The translations under genes and the position numbers were made by a program. A stretch of DNA of 64,000 nt, taken from positions 8,680,001-8,744,000 of the forward strand of contig NC_083237.1 in NCBI RefSeq assembly GCF_032191835.1. The letters are read 5' to 3'. The notes under the pieces are model-generated. The model was given only the letters and a program-made list of their open reading frames with translations, made no database searches and was not told the DNA's origin. Position 1 is the stretch's first letter. The number at the start of each line of letters is the position of its first letter. This stretch comes from Heteronotia binoei (lineage: Eukaryota). This document shows, one piece after another, positions 35,480-47,603 of this stretch.

Positions 35480-35677
35480 GTAGCCGGCTCGAGGTTGACT
35501 CAGCCTTCCCTTCTTCTGAGGTCGGTAAAATGAGTACTCAACTTGCTGGGGGAGAAGTGTAGATGACTGGGGAAGGCAATGGCAAACCACCCTGTAAAAA
35601 GTCTGCCATGAAAGCAACGTCACCCCAGAGTCGGAAACGACTGGTGCTTGCACAGGGGACCTTTCCTTTTCCTTTCC
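35480..35677 (+). mobile_element. 5'-truncated Sauria-type SINE
   Basis: GAGGTTGACTCAGCCTTCC...GAGGTCGGTAAAATGAGTAC body, ACCTTTCC tail; TSD-like TGYAGAAAAG. Confidence 0.8.
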
Positions 35678-36414
35678 TGCAGAAAAGAAATACTTATGTT
35701 GGAAGCATTGGAACTTGAACCATTACTGTTGTGAAAAAGGTTCTTGGGAGAAATTTGTATTTTGATGTTATAGTCCATATGCCCCCTTTTCTTCAGAATG
35801 AGTATGAAGCTCTAGATCCCCAGATACACAGATGGGGCAGGAAGCAAATTCCAGGCCAGTAGAAAATATATTTGGATCTATGAACTGCAGCATTCTGAAA
35901 AGACCTATCATGTTATGTTTATTATTGTTGTCCAAATAGGCAATCTCCTAATTAGTTGTGGGAATTTGCTTAAAAGAGACAGGGTAAGAGGAGGTAACTG
36001 GGATCTTCCACCTATGTTTATGGGTATTTTTCTTTCAAGTGTACTCTTGTGTGTGTGTGGAGAATCCAAGAACATAAACACTGAGAGGAATCCCCCACAC
36101 AAGTGAGGGATGGGTGTTCAGAGAATACGAAAACACACAGAGAGACATTAATGGCTATGTAGTCTAGATACAGGACAAAATGCTGCCTGGGGCAGTCTGA
36201 CATTTCCCCCCCCCCCCCAAAGGAAAAAAAAACTTGATAAGTTCTCCAGAGATGGACAATGATTTGTAAGAGGCTTGCTGTGTTATCTTGATGATCCTCT
36301 AAGCACCAGATGGGAAAAGCTACCAGGTATGGTGAATACTGTTAAGTATTGCTAAATTAAGGATAAATGGATAAGGGGGGGGGGGGGGTGAGGCTACTTT
36401 CTGATGAGATTAGC

Positions 36415-36622
36415 CACAGGGCATTGATGGAACTCTCTGTGTGGGGCAGTGATGCTCTGTATTCTTGTTGCTTGGGGGGCAACTGTGGGAGGGCTTTTAG
36501 TGTCCTGATCCCACTGATGGACCTCCTGTTGGCACCTGGGTTTTTTTGGTCACTGTGTGACACAGAGTATTGGACTGGATGGGCCATTGGCCTGATCCAA
36601 CATAGCTTCTCTTATGTTATGA
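36415..36622 (+). mobile_element. CR1-type LINE 3' UTR fragment
   Basis: GGACTGGATGGGCCATTGGCCTGATCCAACATAGCTTCTCTTATGTT end motif. Confidence 0.65.
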
Positions 36623-36896
36623 GATCAGTCAGTAGTTTCTTCAGAGAACTATTTTCTTAAACTATGCATCTCTCTGGGGTCCATTAGTCAGTCATCCACT
36701 CTGATTCATCTTCAAAAAAATATTTTCCCAGGCTTGTCTCTGGCTGGCATCCATTTTGTGTCAGGCATTGTCTTACATTTATGATTTTTTGAGGTGATAT
36801 TGTAGGAAGAATATTTATGTCTCTTTCTATCTAACTGCTAAACTGCCACTGCATTGTAAAATACTATAGCAAAAATCATTCTTCTCTTTTTAAAAG

Positions 36897-37188
36897 TGTA
36901 GTGACTAAGTTCTACCAACATCTCTTGGTCTTGGCCTTTGCTGTTAAGGAGATCAAAGAGAATTCAAAGATCTTACCGAATGTCAGTCTCGGTTTCCACA
37001 TCTATGACTCCTACTATGATGTTCGAATGACCTATCGTTCCTCTCTGGATCTCCTCTATGCATTGCATAGATATTTTCCCAATTATAAATGTGACATCCA
37101 GAAAAAATTAATAGCTGTCATTGGAGGATTAAGCTTGGAAGTATCTTCCTACATGGCTGATCTCTTAGGTCTCTACAAAATTCCACAG
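36897..37188 (+). CDS. Vmn2r: V2R gene 3 exon 2
   Basis: 292 nt, VVTKFYQHLLVLAFAVKEIKENSK...YKIPQ. Confidence 0.94.
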
Positions 37189-37560
37189 GTATGGAACTTT
37201 GCAGGATTTTAGAAATAACTGTCATTCCCTTGTGGGAGTTACTCTGGGACTCAGAATGAGGGAGAGGTAAAGATGACAGAAAAAAGTCATTGTAAAAGGG
37301 CAGGAAGCCCCAACAATAATTTATTTACCAGGCTGGAGGTGGAGGGGATGCTGCAAGTATATGGTAGAAAAAGGAGTTTTGAGTCCTTTTTTTGTTGTAA
37401 TGATGTTGAAGAAACTGCCCTGCCTCCGTTTGTGGAAATTAAATTAAAAGTAACTTTCAATCCTCAACAAATTCTTATTCTACTCCCTCAAACAGGCAAG
37501 AATATACAGGCAGGTACTCAATTCAAATCTTTTCTAAAATATCTGCATCTTTCCTTTCAG

Positions 37561-38424
37561 CTGACATATGGCTCGTTTGCCCCAATGGAGAAGGAAACAA
37601 GAGATTCACCTTCCTTTTACTCCATGGCCCCAAACGAAGCTCAGCAGTATATGGGGATTATCAAATTACTTCAGCATTTTGGATGGCGCTGGATTGGGCT
37701 CTTTGCTGTGGATGATGACAGTGGAGATCGTTTCGTGGAGGTAATGAGGCCATTGTTTTCCCAGCATGGTATCTGTTTGGCATTCATAAAAAGACTCTTA
37801 AATCAAGTCCATTGGGATGATGTGGATGAAATTATTGGTTTAATAAAAAAATTATATCTACCGTTTGCTAATAGCAAGGCCAGGACCTATGTGCTCTATG
37901 GAGAATCTCTTACCATTATAGCTCTTAATACTTTTCTGTTTTTGGGCAATCCTGATTACAAGGAAAATATTTCATTTAGAAAGGTGTGGATTATGACAGC
38001 CCAAGTTGATTTTACATTAACAGGTACTCAAAGATCCTGGGATTTCGAGTTTTACCATGGTGCCATTTCCTTCATGATTCACTCAGATTCGCTTTCAGGA
38101 TTCCATGCGTTTCTTCAGGATAGGAACCCTTATTCAGCACAAGGAGATGGTTTTCTCAAGGATTTCTGGGAACAAGCTTTTGACTGTGCATTTCCAAATC
38201 CCTGGGGGGTATTGGAAATCAATGAAACATGTACTGGTGAGGAAAGGCTAGAGAGTCTCCCTGGGCCTGTGTTTGAAACGTACATGACTGGCCACAGCTA
38301 CAGTATCTATAATGCTGTCTATGCTGTGGCACATGCTTTGAATGCCATGTGCTCATCTAAACCCAACAGCAGAGCGCTTGTGGACAGCAAACAAGCTGTA
38401 CTTCAAGATCTTCAACCTTGGCAG
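37561..38424 (+). CDS. Vmn2r: V2R gene 3 exon 3
   Basis: 864 nt, LTYGSFAPMEK...LQPWQ. Confidence 0.95.
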
Positions 38425-39799
38425 GTAATGTCACCAAATCAAATTGCTTCACTGCCATGAACAGATTTATTGATGTATTTATTCATATTTACATGGGGGT
38501 TTTTTTGTGTGTGTGCATGTGTGCACACACGTGTGTGTGAGGGATGAGTTTGTTGAGTCTGTCCCCTTAAATAGGCAGTGGACAATAATATTAGAATCTT
38601 ATATACCAGCAAAAAAGAATTATTGTGAGCTACGCAGCTGCACCACTCTGAAACATCTTCATCTAAGCCTGTTATCAAGGCTTGCTCATTGTTTTGTTTG
38701 ATAGTTGATGTTAATATTAATTTTATAGTTACATTTCTATTCGTTATTATTTAGTCACATTTTTGTGTGACTCTATAACCCTCTCTGAACATGCTTGCAG
38801 GAACGGTGAGATAGAAATTGAATAAAGGAATGAATGAATTAATATAAGATGTGCCATTGAATCGCACCCTATATAATTGGGTTTTTTAAATAATTTTGTT
38901 TAAGCACCCTCCTCCTAAATTTTATCCTCTCTTACTGTGTCACTCTCAGCTGATTTCAGATTATAACAAAGAAAGATTGAGTGATTGATAGATCACAGTA
39001 GTCAGCACTTTGCAACTCAAACAATGGCAGAATTCTATTATCTGGAGAACAAAGTGAGACTATTTCCACCCATCTGTAAAGGAAACCTCAACCGATTTCT
39101 CACTGGGCTTATTCTGGTCTCAGAGCCCTTTTACCCCCAGTGCTCCTGCCCGATTTCACCCAAGCTGCCGCAGGGCTGCGACTTGCCCTGCCTCTTTCCT
39201 GCGGCAAGCAAGATTCTCAGAAGTGGAAAACTGTATGTATACCTACAATAGAGGAACAGGTGGTCAAGATGACAGCATTTGCAGAGATGGCCAAACTTGC
39301 ATCTTTGATAAAAAAAAAACAACATATAATTTTATGCACACATTAGAACCCTTTATGGATTTCTTGTGTGAAAAAGGAAAAAAAAATGAATTATGTGTGC
39401 AGGTGTCTCCCCCTCCCCACCTTTTATTATCTGTACAAACATTCTAATAAAATATTATGAGTAAAAAAAGTTTATACCACAAAAATCTTGTTTGTCTTTA
39501 AGCTGCCGATGGACCCAAATCAAGCTGTGTCCCCCGTATGATGAATATCTAGAAAAATAATGTTCTACATATCATTCATTTACAAAATGTTGTGCCTTCT
39601 CATTTTCTTCAATAGCTGAAGACCCCAAAAGCTAAACCATACATATTCAGTTTTGTAGAGCTGAAAAATAATTGCGGTGCCAAACTGGACAGATAAAGTG
39701 GCATAACAGTTACAGTATGTCAACAATGAAAGACATTTTGAAACCTCAGCATAAACCAAGAGCAAAATGATGTTGGTGTTGTTTTCCTCTTTCCAACAG

Positions 39800-40027
39800 A
39801 TCCATCCATTTCTTCAAGGCATCTCATTTAACAACTCAGCTGGAGAAGCAGTGCTTTTTAATGACGACATGGAAATAGGCACTGGATTTGACATAACCAC
39901 CTTGATCACATTCCCAAATAAGTCCTTCCTCAGGGTGAAAGTTGGAAGAATGGATCCAAGTGCTCCTAAAGGAAAAGAATTCACCATCAATGAGGAGAGG
40001 ATTGTATGGCAAACAAGTTTTAACCAG
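39800..40027 (+). CDS. Vmn2r: V2R gene 3 exon 4
   Basis: 228 nt, IHPFLQGISFNNSAG...WQTSFNQ. Confidence 0.95.
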
Positions 40028-40663
40028 GTATGGATTGTAGGGTCTTCTTTGAGGCCACTCCATTCTCTAAACGTTTGGTTCAGGGACTGGGGATTTTTGT
40101 CCGTTCTTTGTCTTGGCCTGTTTTGTTTCTTCACATTGGACAAGAAAACATTAAAGGAAGATGCAACACCGATGTTTAAAAAAAAATCACATTTTCGGGT
40201 GTCATTCGAAAGCACTTGATCAGGAATCAAAAGAAATGAAATAATATCCATGCCTGTATTAGCCTTTGGTAGATTTCTTAGAGAGTTGTATAAACCTTTG
40301 GCCACTGGAAATTCCCAGCGGGGCTCATTGGTTTGTTTTTTTATTCCATCCTCAGTGTAGAAAAAGACATTAGAAATATTATATACTGCCACTGGGTAAG
40401 GCCCTGTCCTGGATGACCTTAACTAGGCTAATCTTGTCATATCTCAGAATCCTTTTTGTCATGATGGTTCTACCATGCTCCCAGTAATCTTTCAACTGGG
40501 TTTTCCCTAAGTGGAATGATTTCCCCTCCCTGACCAGGATTGCATAATCTAACTCTATTTTCTCAAATCCAGAAGCTGAGCAAGATCTGCCCTATTTAGT
40601 GTTTGGATGTAAGTGTGTCAAGGAAGAGGCAGGAAATGGGAAACAACCACCTCTGTTTCTCTG

Positions 40664-40947
40664 GAGAGCCAGTTTGGTGTAGTGGTTAAGTGTGTGGACT
40701 CTTATCTGGGAGAACCGGGTTTGATTCCCCTCTCCTCCATTTACACCTGCTGGAATGGCCTTGGGTTAGCCATAGCTCTGACATAGATTGTCCTTGAAAG
40801 GGCAGCTGCTGGGATAGCCCTGTCAGCCTCACCCACCTCACAGGGTGTCTGTTGTGGGGGGAGAAGATATAGGAGATTGTAAGCTGCTCTGAGTCTCTGA
40901 TTCAGAGAGAAGGGCAGAGTATAAATCTGCAATTCTTCTTCTTTTTC
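40664..40947 (+). mobile_element. Full-length Squam3-like SINE nested in a 5S-SINE
   Basis: GAGAGCCAGTTTGGTGTAGTGG head, (TTC)n tail, TSD TTCTCTG; gene 2 has the empty site. Confidence 0.9.
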
Positions 40948-41052
40948 TTCTCTGTTGCCTTGAAAATTCTGTGGAGTTGCCAGAAATCAATTGTGACTTG
41001 ATGGCACCTCCCACCACAAACTGATGAATAACCAGATTGCATGCATAATTAG

Positions 41053-42065
41053 TCTATCTGCTGATGGACGGCCGGCCTGACTGCGTCCCTGAGAATTTAG
41101 ACCGGGCCTTGCAGGATATGGCAACGTGGTTGAGGGAGAGCGGGCTGAAACTGAATCCAGCGAAGACAGAAGTCCTTTGCCTGGGTCGGGGCGCCCAGGA
41201 AGGGGAAATACCTCTTCCGGTCTTCGTCGGGGTGCCACTGAAAGCGGCGCACCGGGTTAGGAGTCTGGGAGTTCTACTGGAGCCTTCATTATCAATGGAG
41301 GCCCAGATTGCAGCCACTGCCAAGTCAGCCTTTTTCCACCTGAGGCGGGCAAGGCAGCTGGCTCCCTTCCTAGAGCGCCAAGATCTGGCAACGGTACTTC
41401 ATGCAACAGTCACCTCGAGACTGGATTACTGTAATGCCCTCTACATGGGGCTGCCTCTGTACCGAACCCGGAAGCTGCAGCTGGTGCAGAACGCAGTGGC
41501 CAGACTGTTGCTGGGGCTCCCTAAATGGGAGCACATACAGCCTGGACTGCGCGAGCTGCACTGGCTGCCAGTTATATACCGGGTTCGTTACAAAGTGCTG
41601 GTCATTACCTTTAAAGCCCTATATGGTTGAGGACCTGTCTACCTTAGGGACCGTCTTTCCCCATATGAACCCCAGAGAGCACCGAGGTCAGCTGGAAAAA
41701 ACTTGTTGACCATCCCCGGACCAAGAGAGGTGAAGCTGCAATGCACCCGCAATCAGGCCTTCTCCTCTGTAGCCCCGAACCTATGGAACCAACTTCCAGA
41801 GGAAATACGGGCCCTGCGGGACCTTGAACAGTTCCGCAGGGCCTGCAAGACCTTCCTCTTCCGACAGGCTTTCGCTGACAAAGAAAGTAATTGCTAATGA
41901 TTACCGCCATCATAAAAGAACAAATAGCATTAGCACTTTTATCACTTAATTAATTAATTAATTTTAAACTTATCAGAATTTTAATGTTAAATGCAACTTT
42001 GTTTTTTGTATAACTGAATGATGTTGTTAGCCGCCCTGAGCCTGCTCCGGCGGGATATAAATAAA

Positions 42066-42132
<67 letters not shown>
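41053..42132 (+). mobile_element. 5'-truncated L2-clade LINE with a (TATC)n tail
   Basis: LKLNPAKTE, TSRLDYCN, LHWLPV motifs; frameshift near 41625; short TSD TAGTC; absent from gene 2 intron 4. Confidence 0.9.
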
Positions 42133-42133
<1 letters not shown>

Positions 42134-42212
42134 GTCAACTTTAACTGAGCTCTGCTGTGTGTTGTTCAGCTATCAACAATGAAATAATATTTTTATTTTC
42201 ATGTTGGGACAG

Positions 42213-42339
42213 GTGGTGCCCCTTTCTCTGTGTAACGATTATTGCTATCCTGGTTATCATATGAAAAAGAAAGAAAGGGAGCCATTTTGTTGCTATGATT
42301 GTGCTCCATGTCCAAAAGGGAAGATTTCAAACAAGAAGG
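42213..42339 (+). CDS. Vmn2r: V2R gene 3 exon 5
   Basis: 127 nt, VVPLSLCNDYCYPGYHMKKKEREPFCCYDCAPCPKGKISNKK, translated by hand. Confidence 0.93.
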
Positions 42340-43140
42340 GTAAGTTGTGCCTGAGGCCCTTTCATTAGGAACCATGAATGTGATATTTCCCAGGACTCCT
42401 GGTTTTCTCCTTTCTGGGCCAGTGGAGGGGTTCATGTCTGATTCTCAAGAAAGGAGTCTGGAGTCTTGAGTCCTTATTTAGGGAGCTTGGAAGGGGAGAC
42501 CCAAGAAATAAATAAATTCAATATCTTATACAGACTATTGGTTATCACTAGCATCCACTCCTGGATGACCCTCTGATGGATGGTCCAGCTCACCATTGGT
42601 GAAATGTTACTGAAACCTGACTGAGAGAGCACATATCCCACCATGCAACTCTAGAGCAACAATACAGCAATTACATAATGTTTGTTTAGCATTAGATATT
42701 TATTTAAGTGTATATTTCTAAAAATAGTCATTGACTTCCAAAGGAGTTTATACAAAAGTCGATAATCATCATACAATAATAACATTTAATATTAATGAAC
42801 TAGCAGCATGAAAACATTATGGATTGCTTGGGTGAAACATTTCGGTACTGCCTCTTCCAAGACTAATGCTTCACAAAAGAAAAATATAATGATCAGCCCC
42901 CTACTTGAAATCCTGAATTAAAAAAAGGAAAAAGAAACATTCTGGTCTGCCAATGAAAAGATAATAGCATACCATCAAATGAGCTTCAGAGTGAGGGCAT
43001 TCCATCGGCAATGGGAAAGCGCTGAAAAATCCCTCTCTGTACACTATATGCCTTGTCTCTGCAGATAAGACACAAAGAGCAGGGCTTTTTAAAAGGATCT
43101 TGACCAGCAGGCTAGACAATATGGGAGAAGGTGGTGTTTC

Positions 43141-43388
43141 CGTTTGGTGTAGTGGTTAAGTGTTTGGACTCTAATCTAGGAGAACTGGGTTTGATTCTCT
43201 GCCCCTCCACTTGCAGCTGCTGGAATGTCCTTAAAAGGGCAGCTGCTGTGGAGCTCTCAGCCCCACCCATGTCCCTGGGTGCCTGTTGTGGGGGAGGAAG
43301 GTAAAGGAGATTGTGAGCCGCTCTGAGACTCAGATATTCGGAGTGGAGGGCGGGATATAAAACCAATATCATCTTCATCTTCTTCTTT
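43141..43388 (+). mobile_element. Internally deleted Squam3-like SINE
   Basis: Head and tail match the other copies. Confidence 0.8.
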
Positions 43389-43564
43389 CAAAGTACAAAG
43401 GCCTCCAAAGCTATAGGAACTTAAATATAAGGATTAGAACACTAAAATGTGTTGGGAAGCAGAAATTTAAAATTTTCCATGTTGCTTCTATAGCAAAGCA
43501 AGTCAGCAAATGAACTCTGAGTCTCATAAGAAGGACCACTGTTAGTCATTCTTTTTCTTTGCAG

Positions 43565-44469
43565 ATGTGGATGACTGTGTCAAATGCCCAAGAGATCAAT
43601 ACCCAAGCAAAGATCGTGACCAATGTCTTCCGAAGACACTGAGCTTTTTGTCTTATGAACAACCTTTGGGGATTGGATTAGCTTCTACTGCCCTTGCTTT
43701 GTCCCTACTCACAGCCTTAGTGCTGGGAATTATCATTAAGCACAAGGATACCCCCCTTGTCAAAGCCAACAACAGGGATATCACCTATACTCTCCTCATT
43801 TTCCTCCTGCTCTGCTTTCTCTGTTCTTTTTTCTTTCTGGGATGGCCTCGGAAGGTGGCTTGCCTCTTAAGACAAGTGGCTTTTGGTATCACCTTCTCAG
43901 TGGCTGTTTCTTGTCTGTTGGCCAAAACCATCACTGTGGTAGTAGCTTTTGTGGCCACCAAACCAGGGTCCAGGATGAGGAAGTGGGTGGGGAAAAGACT
44001 GGCCAACTCTATTCTTCTTTCCTCTTCCTCCATTCAGGCAGGCATTTGTACGGTTTGGCTTGCAACCTATCCCCCTTTCCCAGATGTGGACATGCTCTCA
44101 CTGACTGAAGAGATCATCCTGGAATGTAATGAAGGATCTGTTGCTATGTTTTACATTGTCCTGAGCTACTTGGGACTTCTGTCCCTCATCAGCTTGATTG
44201 TGGCTTCCTTTGCCAGGAAGTTGCCAGACAGTTTTAATGAAGCCAAGTTCATCACCTTCAGCATGCTGATCTTTTGCAGTGTTTGGTTGTCTTTTGTTCC
44301 AGCCTACTTGAGTACCAAAGGGAAAGACATGGTAGCTGTGGAGATCTTCTCTATCATGGCCTCCAGTGCTGGGTTACTGGTTTGTATCTTTTACCCTAAA
44401 TGCTACATTATTCTGATCAGGCCTGAGTTGAACAATAGGGAACTGCTCACAAAAAGTAGAAAGAATTAA
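43565..44469 (+). CDS. Vmn2r: V2R gene 3 exon 6 (7TM)
   Basis: [14 protein letters not shown]...[18 protein letters not shown]...stop. Confidence 0.96.
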
Positions 44470-46354
44470 AGTATTGAAGATCCCTCCTGAAGGCATTCTT
44501 TCACTTTAGAGCAGAGATAACAGGCCTTGTCTAAGAGCACTGCAGAGAGGCAATGGTTAATTCCATGCTTTGAATGCTGAGCCACACCCATGTCTCAGTG
44601 CTAGTCTATTCCCAAAGGGCATAAGTGACATCCCAGCCAACAGACAAAGTCAGGTTGCAGTGTTTTCTGTTTGTAACTGGAGTAGTGTCTATAGCAACCA
44701 TGCTACAGTGGTCTGTGGAGGCATTGTGTAGAAGTGGAGGCACTATGATGGACAGGGCTGCTGGAACCAATCATGGGCCATGTGGCAAGGAGGTGAAGTC
44801 TAGTATCCATCTCAGCAGGGGGTGGGGAGGTATAAATCCAAAGAGACCCATGGAATGAGGCTGAACCACAAAATAACATCAACCGTGAATAACTAACTGA
44901 CACAACTACAATATACAAATGTAAATACTTTAGCAATATATATTCAAAATATTGTGATCAATCATATGCACACAAGAATAGACCACTATAGAGAATTTCT
45001 CAATAAATGTTTTTAAAGTCTTGAGTCATGTCTTTGCAATGCTGATCATGTGAAATTAGGGAGAGGTTTTTTTTGAGTTTTCTGTATTGTTCAGGGGGTT
45101 GGACTAGATGACCCTGGGGGTCCCTTCTGACTTTATGATTTTATAATTTTAAGTGCAAGGTTCTTCTCAACCCCTCAAAAGGTGAGAAGAAGTGCTTGTG
45201 CCGATCCTATGCTTGATTAAGGTGCTTTCACGAAGTCTTTTCCAAAATTTCAGTTTCAAGTCCACTTTTCACAGAAGGTGAGCATCGACCTCTGGAAGTG
45301 CTTCTTCTCAAATCTTTCTCAAAGGGACATCTGAATGAAGTCTATACCATTCCAAAAAGGACAGCATTGTCTCAAGCACAGTTTGCAGAGGTGGAGAGGG
45401 GGAGGCTACAAGAATTGCAGGAGTTGCACTTGTTTTCAGGAGCACCCCCCACACACACACATACACACACACTCGCTTAAAGGGGCCAAACTCTTGTCAA
45501 TGGATCCAGAAACCCAATAGTGGGGAAAGAGTATGATCTGTTTGTTGCTGAGGGTGCTTCTGCACTACCCCTGCCATTGGAAAGACAGGAGAGGGCAACT
45601 TATGTTCTGTGGCACTGCGTTCTTCTTTCTCAGGAAAGTTCAGCCTTCCAGCTGTCTCCTTGCATGCCTAAATATCCTGGTTTGATAGGATAGGACCTCT
45701 GCAGTAAGGAAAGCAATAACCCCAGCTAGCTCTTTTCATAAAAAATCTCCATGATCTTGGGAGACTGGGAAGAATATGCCCATCTCCCAACTCTTATGGA
45801 TTTCAAAAAGTTAACTAGGTAGGTGTTTTAATTTGTATAATTAAAACTTCTCAAAGCAGCAAACAGGCTCTTTCTAGAAAAGTATACAATTGTCAAAATC
45901 TCTGAGTTGACTTCAAAGGCCTATCCCTGCAGAATACATTGCAATTGTCTGGTCTCATCCATGCTGTGGATCTACGTGGCCATATCCGCTGCGTGAAGGT
46001 AAGGGTACACCTTCCTGGCTAAAGGTCAGATGAATTTGGGTCCATTTATCAAAATACAGCGTGATAGTGTAAGTGCTCCTTAAGAGCCAAAGAAACCAAT
46101 AAAAAAGGAAAGGCAGTCCCCCGTGCAAGCACCAATAAACAGATTGTTTTGGATGGCGTATAATATCTAACGGGAGAGGGCTGCCACCGCATCTGGATCT
46201 ATCGTGCTTCTAACTGGATCTAACTGCCTAGGATCTGTACGCGTTGAGAAAGGAAAATATTACATGATCCACCTGAATAGATGAAGCAGCACCATTGATT
46301 GTTTTATTGTTTGACTGTTTTAATATTGCTTATTGTTTACTGCATTTTTTTTTT

Positions 46355-46614
46355 GGATGTTGGATTTATATCCCACCCTATACTCTGAATCTCAGAGCGG
46401 TCACAATCTACCTCCCCCCCCCCCACAACAAACACCCTGTGAGGTGGGTGGGGCTGGAGAGGGCTCTCACAGCAGCTGCCCTTTCAAGGACAACCTCTGC
46501 CAGAGCTATGGCTGACCCAAGGCCATCTCAGCAGGTGCAAGTGGAGGAATGGGAAATCAAACCCGGTTCTCCCAGATATATGTCCACGCACTTATCCACT
46601 ACAAACTGGCTCTC
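46355..46614 (-). mobile_element. Squam3-like SINE
   Basis: Match to the other copies; adjacent (TC)n. Confidence 0.85.
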
Positions 46615-46762
46615 TCTCTCTCTCTCTCTCCCAAATTGGCTAATATTTTATGTTATTAGCCGCCTTGAGTCTGCATAGAATAGCTGGGATATACATATAA
46701 CGTAAAAAAATAAATTATCAATTATTTCATTAAAGTTTTACTTATTGCTCAATTCGCGGTCA

Positions 46763-47002
46763 AAGAAGAAGTGTTGCCTTTTATACTCTTCTTTCCTCTA
46801 CCTGAGGAATCTCAAAGCAGCTTACAATCACTGTCCCTTCCTCTCCCCAGAACAGTCACCTTGTGAAGTAGGCGGGGCTGAGAGAACTCTGCAGGAACTG
46901 TGATTGGCCCAAGGTCATCCAGCAGACTTCAGGCAGAAGAATGTGGAATTAAACCTAGTTCTCCAGATTCGAGTATACCACTTTTAACCACTGTGCCACG
47001 GC
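46763..47002 (-). mobile_element. Older Squam3-like SINE (paralog of 20015-20252)
   Basis: Shared flank with the 20-kb copy. Confidence 0.7.
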
Positions 47003-47414
47003 CTGACCTGGAAGTTTTATATACACAAGCAAATTTTTCATCAGAAACCTGGAATGTCAAGATTAATACAACTGATCCGCCTTGGAACACAATTCCCATA
47101 ATCTCAAAGCATCACATCACATTAGGTTTCCCCCTCCTAAGGAAGGAAGGGAAGACAAATCTTCAAGGACTAAATGGCAAATAGGCCCACAATAAAAGGG
47201 GGTCCTGAACTGAAGGACATCCCACATGTCTTGCTTCAAAAGCTTTCTTTTCCTCTTTGTGAAGCCAACACAGGATTGTCCATTGTTACTATAGGCTACA
47301 GCTGTCTTGCATTCTGCAAGCAGCTCTAGTCTAGTTTCCAATGGAGCAATGCCCTCAGGCCTGGATAGTGAGACCTGGGAGCCTTTACAGGAACTGGCAG
47401 CAAGTAACTGGAAC

Positions 47415-47603
47415 CAATACTCCCTCTAAGTTGTGGAGTCTTGTGTGCAAAAATTCTACTTGGTGGGCTACTGGCATTAAAGTTGCAAGCTACTGCATAA
47501 CATTTGTTTGCTCTGGGGCCACCTCCTGAGCTGACAAAAATGTGTGAGCCAGAGGCTAAAAAACTGAGCTGGCTCACACTAACTTAGCTTAGAGGGGACA
47601 CTA
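47415..47603. mobile_element. hAT MITE
   Basis: TIRs CAATACTCCCTCTAAG / CTTAGAGGGGACACTA; TSD ACTGGAAC/ATTGGAAC; the paralogous block near 20990 has the empty site. Confidence 0.85.

Larger units (their letters stand above)
34111..44469 (+). other. Vmn2r: V2R gene 3 (type B), 6 coding exons, predicted intact 877-aa receptor
   Basis: join(34111..34328,36897..37188,37561..38424,39800..40027,42213..42339,43565..44469) = 2634 nt; GT-AG introns, open frame. Confidence 0.93.

Noticed and set aside
39814-40392. 192-aa minus-strand ORF antisense to gene 3 exon 4
   Set aside because: The paralogous region of gene 2 shows no matching long ORF in the track, and there are no recognisable motifs; treated as a shadow ORF.
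22529-44469. Genes 2 and 3 as a falsely duplicated haplotype
   Set aside because: They differ by many substitutions in exons 1, 2, 3 and 6 and by several TE insertions with TSDs in both directions, far more than expected for alleles.
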